From NCBI GenBank assembly GCA_964481345.1, contig CAYZTC010000007.1:1-54691 (forward strand): 54,691 nt of DNA. The letters are read 5' to 3'. A program made the position numbers and the translations under genes. Positions 51,578 to 54,691 of the stretch are shown here, piece after piece. How positions within the stretch are numbered: the first letter of the stretch is position 1; the number at the start of each line of letters is the position of its first letter. The notes below the pieces were generated by a model. That model was not told the origin of the DNA. It saw only the letters and a program-made list of their open reading frames with translations, and made no database searches. The stretch comes from an uncultured Candidatus Saccharibacteria bacterium. Lineage in GTDB: Bacteria; Patescibacteriota; Dojkabacteria; SC72; JAFGCJ01.

Positions 51578-54097
51578 TTATGTTTTAAATAATGCTTTCC
51601 TTTCAAGTTTGATTATTTTTTCTCTTACTCTTTCAAGATTCTTTCTTGTTACAGCTACCCCGTGGAATCCCTTTTCCACAACTTTTTTAATAATTTTTTC
51701 TGATTTGCCAGGAAATCTTATTATTGATGTTCCTTCGTCTAAGTTTTCTTTTATTTGGTCAATTATTTTTAAGATGCTTGGGTCATCATATTTTTGAGCC
51801 ATCATTAATTTCTTTAAACTCTTTATATCTATTATCATTCCATCTATTCCCGTAGCTTCATATTGGTCTACAATTAGTGCGATCGAAGGAGTATCTACCA
51901 TAAGGAATATTTTAAATGTACTTGATCTTCTTAAACCAGCGGCAGACACTGATTTTTTAAACTCAATGATGTTTTGTGGGCTTCCTGCATATTCTATGGC
52001 TATTGAAACATTTCTATATCCGTGCACGTTTCTAACTCTTTTTATTATTTTTATTGCGAGGTTCAGTTCCTTTGGATTCTTTAGCAATCGTTGAAGTCCA
52101 TTTGTAGAATCTGTAATATCTGTATCGTCATACTTTTCTATTGAAGCTCCTTTTGTTAGTTCCTTGTATTGTTCTACAGACATGCTTCCTATCCCAATGA
52201 TTATTGGGTCGCCATTTGTAAACTGGCATATTTCCGCAATTTCCTCACTTGCCTGCTTAATAAATTCTTTGGCTCTTCCTTCTTCAATATATGCGCCTGG
52301 ATGTCTTCCGATTGATCGGTATATATCTTCAAGCCTTATATGAGAGAGTCCATCAGAAAGTTCAATTAGGTCTTTACTTCTTTCTACACTTTTTATTCCA
52401 TACGATAGATCTAGAAATACCTTTGTGGCAGTATTCTTCTTTGTCTTTTTTCCGCCAGAGGCGGACCCGCCTCTGGCGGGCTTCTTTTCTTCTTCTGGCA
52501 GGTATTTAGATAGGTCTTCTATTGAAGGAGTCAGATTTATGTTTTGTGGCATTGCTCCAGTCTTTCTTTTTCCATATACTGCACCGATCTCTCCATCAAC
52601 CAATACCTCTTCATTTTCGTTAAGTACCTTTGTTGCAATGTGAGTTCCTATGACACAAGGAATCTTCTTTTCCCTGCATATTATTGCTAAATCACTTGTC
52701 AGCCCTCCAATGTTTGATACTATTGCTCCTGCGAGTGTGGATTTGCCTTCAATTTCTGGATATGTCTTTTTCAAAACAAGCACAGAGGAATCTGATATTC
52801 CGCCTTCTAGGTCTTTCGAGCTATTGATTATTTTCACTTTTCCTCTAAATGACCCTTTACTTGCTCCAACTCCAGTAATTAACAGTTTTTCATCTTTTCC
52901 AGGTTTCACTATTTTGACTTCTCTTTCTAGTACCTTTTTTTCAATTACTTCTCGCAATGATCTTTTTTTAGGTACTTTAATTTCCTCAATGTCTTGCTTT
53001 GGTTTAGCTAAATCAAGCTTTTTCTTTTCCATTTCTTCCTTAAACTTCTTTTTGGATTCCTCGATTATATTTATTTGCTCAACTGATTCTCTAATTATTT
53101 TGTCTGTATCCTGTCTTATATCAATATCAAGCTCTTTTATTCGAAGTGATTTAGCCTTTTTAGTCTGAAGGATCCAGATATGGCCTCCTTCAAAAACCCA
53201 TTCAATATCCTGGGGTGCCTTTTGGGTCTTCTCTATTTGCATTCCTACTTTTACAAGTTCCTCTAGGTATCTATTTTCAAGCTTCTGTCTGTTTTGCCAA
53301 AGTGGAGATATATTTACTTTTTGCTCTCCATCTTCCCCTGGTTTGTGTCTGATTTTTCTAATGGTCATCCATTTTTGAGGTAAGATTCTCTTTTCCTCGA
53401 AATTTAGATTTTCCTTGTTTACAATATATTGATCAGGTGTAATATCTCCATCAGCAATTACCTCACCGAGACCGAACACTGCCTCTATTGTCATGTGATC
53501 TTTGTTTTGTGTAATTGGATCTATTGTAAATGCTACTCCAGATACTTCTGCCTGTACCATCTTTTGGATAACAACTGCAACTTTAATATCTGAAAGGGTT
53601 AATCCGTTTGATAGAAGGTAGGTAGTAACTTCTGATGTAAATGCACTAGCATACACAGATTTAATTGACTCATATATTTCTTCTATTCCTTTTGAGTTAA
53701 GTATAGTCTCAAGTTGTCCGGAAAATGATAGTTTTTGGTGACTCTCTGGCAGTATTACTGATGCTCTTATAGCTACCCATGTGTTTGAAAATCCGGAAAT
53801 TCTTGAGTATCCAATTTTTATTTCTCGAGCAAGACTATCTGAAAATTCCCCTTTCTTTATAAGGTTTTGAATTTTTTCCGATGTAATTTTTTTCGTAAGA
53901 TTTGTGCCAACATTTTCATTAATATATTGTGAAAAGACTCTACCTGAAACGATGAAAAATCTAGGAATAGGAACATCCATATCTCTTAACTTGAATAGGC
54001 TGTATCCTTTTTTTCCGACATATGTTTCCGATAATTTCTTATGGGAGTGATCTTCGTCAATGAAAATATTTTTATTTTTGAATTTTTGGGCAGACAT
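51578..54097 (-). CDS. PEP synthase / pyruvate-water dikinase-like protein with degenerate catalytic motifs
   Basis: 839 aa. N-terminal PPDK_N ATP-grasp region (GKKGYSLFKLRDMDVPIP, DIEWVFEGGHIWILQTK). The central swivel domain reads GGLTSDLAIICREKKIPCV where the canonical motif is GG.T.HAAI. The C-terminal TIM-barrel-like domain lacks the GSND and GxCGQ motifs. Confidence 0.7.
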   Translation of the reverse strand: MSAQKFKNKNIFIDEDHSHKKLSETYVGKKGYSLFKLRDMDVPIPRFFIVSGRVFSQYINENVGTNLTKKITSEKIQNLIKKGEFSDSLAREIKIGYSRISGFSNTWVAIRASVILPESHQKLSFSGQLETILNSKGIEEIYESIKSVYASAFTSEVTTYLLSNGLTLSDIKVAVVIQKMVQAEVSGVAFTIDPITQNKDHMTIEAVFGLGEVIADGDITPDQYIVNKENLNFEEKRILPQKWMTIRKIRHKPGEDGEQKVNISPLWQNRQKLENRYLEELVKVGMQIEKTQKAPQDIEWVFEGGHIWILQTKKAKSLRIKELDIDIRQDTDKIIRESVEQINIIEESKKKFKEEMEKKKLDLAKPKQDIEEIKVPKKRSLREVIEKKVLEREVKIVKPGKDEKLLITGVGASKGSFRGKVKIINSSKDLEGGISDSSVLVLKKTYPEIEGKSTLAGAIVSNIGGLTSDLAIICREKKIPCVIGTHIATKVLNENEEVLVDGEIGAVYGKRKTGAMPQNINLTPSIEDLSKYLPEEEKKPARGGSASGGKKTKKNTATKVFLDLSYGIKSVERSKDLIELSDGLSHIRLEDIYRSIGRHPGAYIEEGRAKEFIKQASEEIAEICQFTNGDPIIIGIGSMSVEQYKELTKGASIEKYDDTDITDSTNGLQRLLKNPKELNLAIKIIKRVRNVHGYRNVSIAIEYAGSPQNIIEFKKSVSAAGLRRSSTFKIFLMVDTPSIALIVDQYEATGIDGMIIDIKSLKKLMMAQKYDDPSILKIIDQIKENLDEGTSIIRFPGKSEKIIKKVVEKGFHGVAVTRKNLERVREKIIKLERKALFKT
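52452..52479. repeat. Perfect 13-bp GC-rich palindrome inside the PEP-synthase-like CDS
   Basis: CCGCCAGAGGCGG-AC-CCGCCTCTGGCGG. On the coding (minus) strand it contributes PARGGSASGG, in the linker between the swivel and C-terminal domains. Confidence 0.8.
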
Positions 54098-54161
54098 TAA
54101 TCAGGTTTATAAATAAGACTAAATTCAAATTGATTCTATGTATTTGATTTTACTATGTCAA

Positions 54162-54691
54162 TTAACTTTCTGAAAGGAAATTCAGGAGTAAGTGAATAAT
54201 TACTGAGACGGGTACCGCAAGCAAGATTCCTGCTATTCCGAGCAGTTGAGCTCCTATAATTATTGAAAGAAGTATGAGTAAAGGTGGTAGTCCTACTGCA
54301 CCAGAAAGGATTTTAGGTGCCAGAATATTTCCTTCAAATTGCTGGATGGCAATACCTCCAATGACTGTTCCAATAATCGTAAATGCATTACCTGTTGAGA
54401 GTGCTAGTAGAAACGCTGGTATAAAGATAATGATAGGTCCGAGGTTCGGAATGATGTTTAGTAGAGAAGTCAAAAGTGCTATTGATCCGGCATATGGAAG
54501 GTTTACGATAGAATAGACCGTAAGTGCAAGCAGTCCAACTGTGATGCTTAATCCGGTTTGTCCAATTAACCATGATCCCAGTTTCGATTCAACTTCCAAG
54601 ATAAATTTTCTCAGCCGTTTTGATATTGATTTGTCAGTAACTTTGAGAAGGATTTCATCGTAGAAGTGATCCTTATCGAGCGACATATATA
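54162..54691 (-). CDS. AI-2E family transporter (PerM/UPF0118), C-terminal part; probably continues past the right edge
   Basis: The track shows 174 aa from ATG 54686, but the frame stays open to the window end, and family members are roughly twice this length. Typical C-terminal TM pattern: LLNIIPNLGPIIIFIPAFLLAL and ILLAVPVSVIIHLLL. Confidence 0.65.
   Translation of the reverse strand, partial: YMSLDKDHFYDEILLKVTDKSISKRLRKFILEVESKLGSWLIGQTGLSITVGLLALTVYSIVNLPYAGSIALLTSLLNIIPNLGPIIIFIPAFLLALSTGNAFTIIGTVIGGIAIQQFEGNILAPKILSGAVGLPPLLILLSIIIGAQLLGIAGILLAVPVSVIIHLLLNFLSES

Noticed and set aside
52650-53168. 172-aa plus-strand ORF. Similar long antisense ORFs occur at 44571-45215, 17509-17922, 1645-1959 and 4717-5061.
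   Set aside because: All lie entirely inside longer opposite-strand genes with recognisable domains or better coding character. Their translations are low-complexity Ser/Phe/Leu-rich shadows typical of antisense frames in AT-rich, Lys/Glu-rich genes.
1-54691. Alternative genetic code (UGA as a sense codon, as in some CPR lineages), and presence of integrase, transposase, reverse transcriptase, cas or rRNA genes.
   Set aside because: Long conserved genes terminate at TGA, and several ATGA start/stop overlaps use TGA as a stop, so the standard code fits. None of the listed gene types is recognisable in any of the six frames supplied.

Overview
AT-rich, gene-dense bacterial fragment using the standard code (TGA is a stop). 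Gene content suggests a small-genome Patescibacteria/CPR-like organism, which is an inference. The supporting genes are ADP-forming acetyl-CoA synthetase, pyruvate kinase, a PEP-synthase-like protein, a minimal wall set (MurF, FtsW, MurG), a type IV pilus ATPase, a short RecO and several large Ig/FN3-type surface proteins. All family calls come from motifs read by eye in the supplied translations; no searches were run. Most of the window is housekeeping: proS, trpS, hisS, def, mutS, clpC, secG, pyk, a MacB-type ABC pair, an OppA-like binding protein and glycosyltransferases. I found five tRNA genes: Lys-CTT, His-GTG twice, Leu-CAG, Cys-GCA and Leu-TAA. No rRNA, CRISPR array, transposase, integrase or reverse transcriptase was seen. 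Five things stand out. (1) Two near-identical tRNA-His genes sit in inverted orientation about 17.4 kb apart, and an accessory gene cluster lies immediately downstream of the 3-prime end of each copy. The left cluster has an OLD/PARIS-like ABC-ATPase-Toprim protein, a degenerate Nudix-like protein, orphan proteins, a methyltransferase and a partial tRNA-His 3-prime repeat. The right cluster is an orphan cassette between tRNA-His and hisS: a Cys-bearing small ORF, a 644-aa unknown protein, a translationally coupled GT4 and a 166-aa unknown protein. This right cassette is my best candidate for an undescribed system. (2) Short GC-rich palindromic islands are scattered around tRNA genes, and two sit in-frame inside coding sequences. 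(3) The PEP-synthase-like protein has lost its phospho-histidine and its C-terminal catalytic motifs. (4) An IVS-type four-helix-bundle gene is bracketed by inverted repeat arrays outside any rRNA. (5) ClpC carries a fused McsA-like zinc finger.
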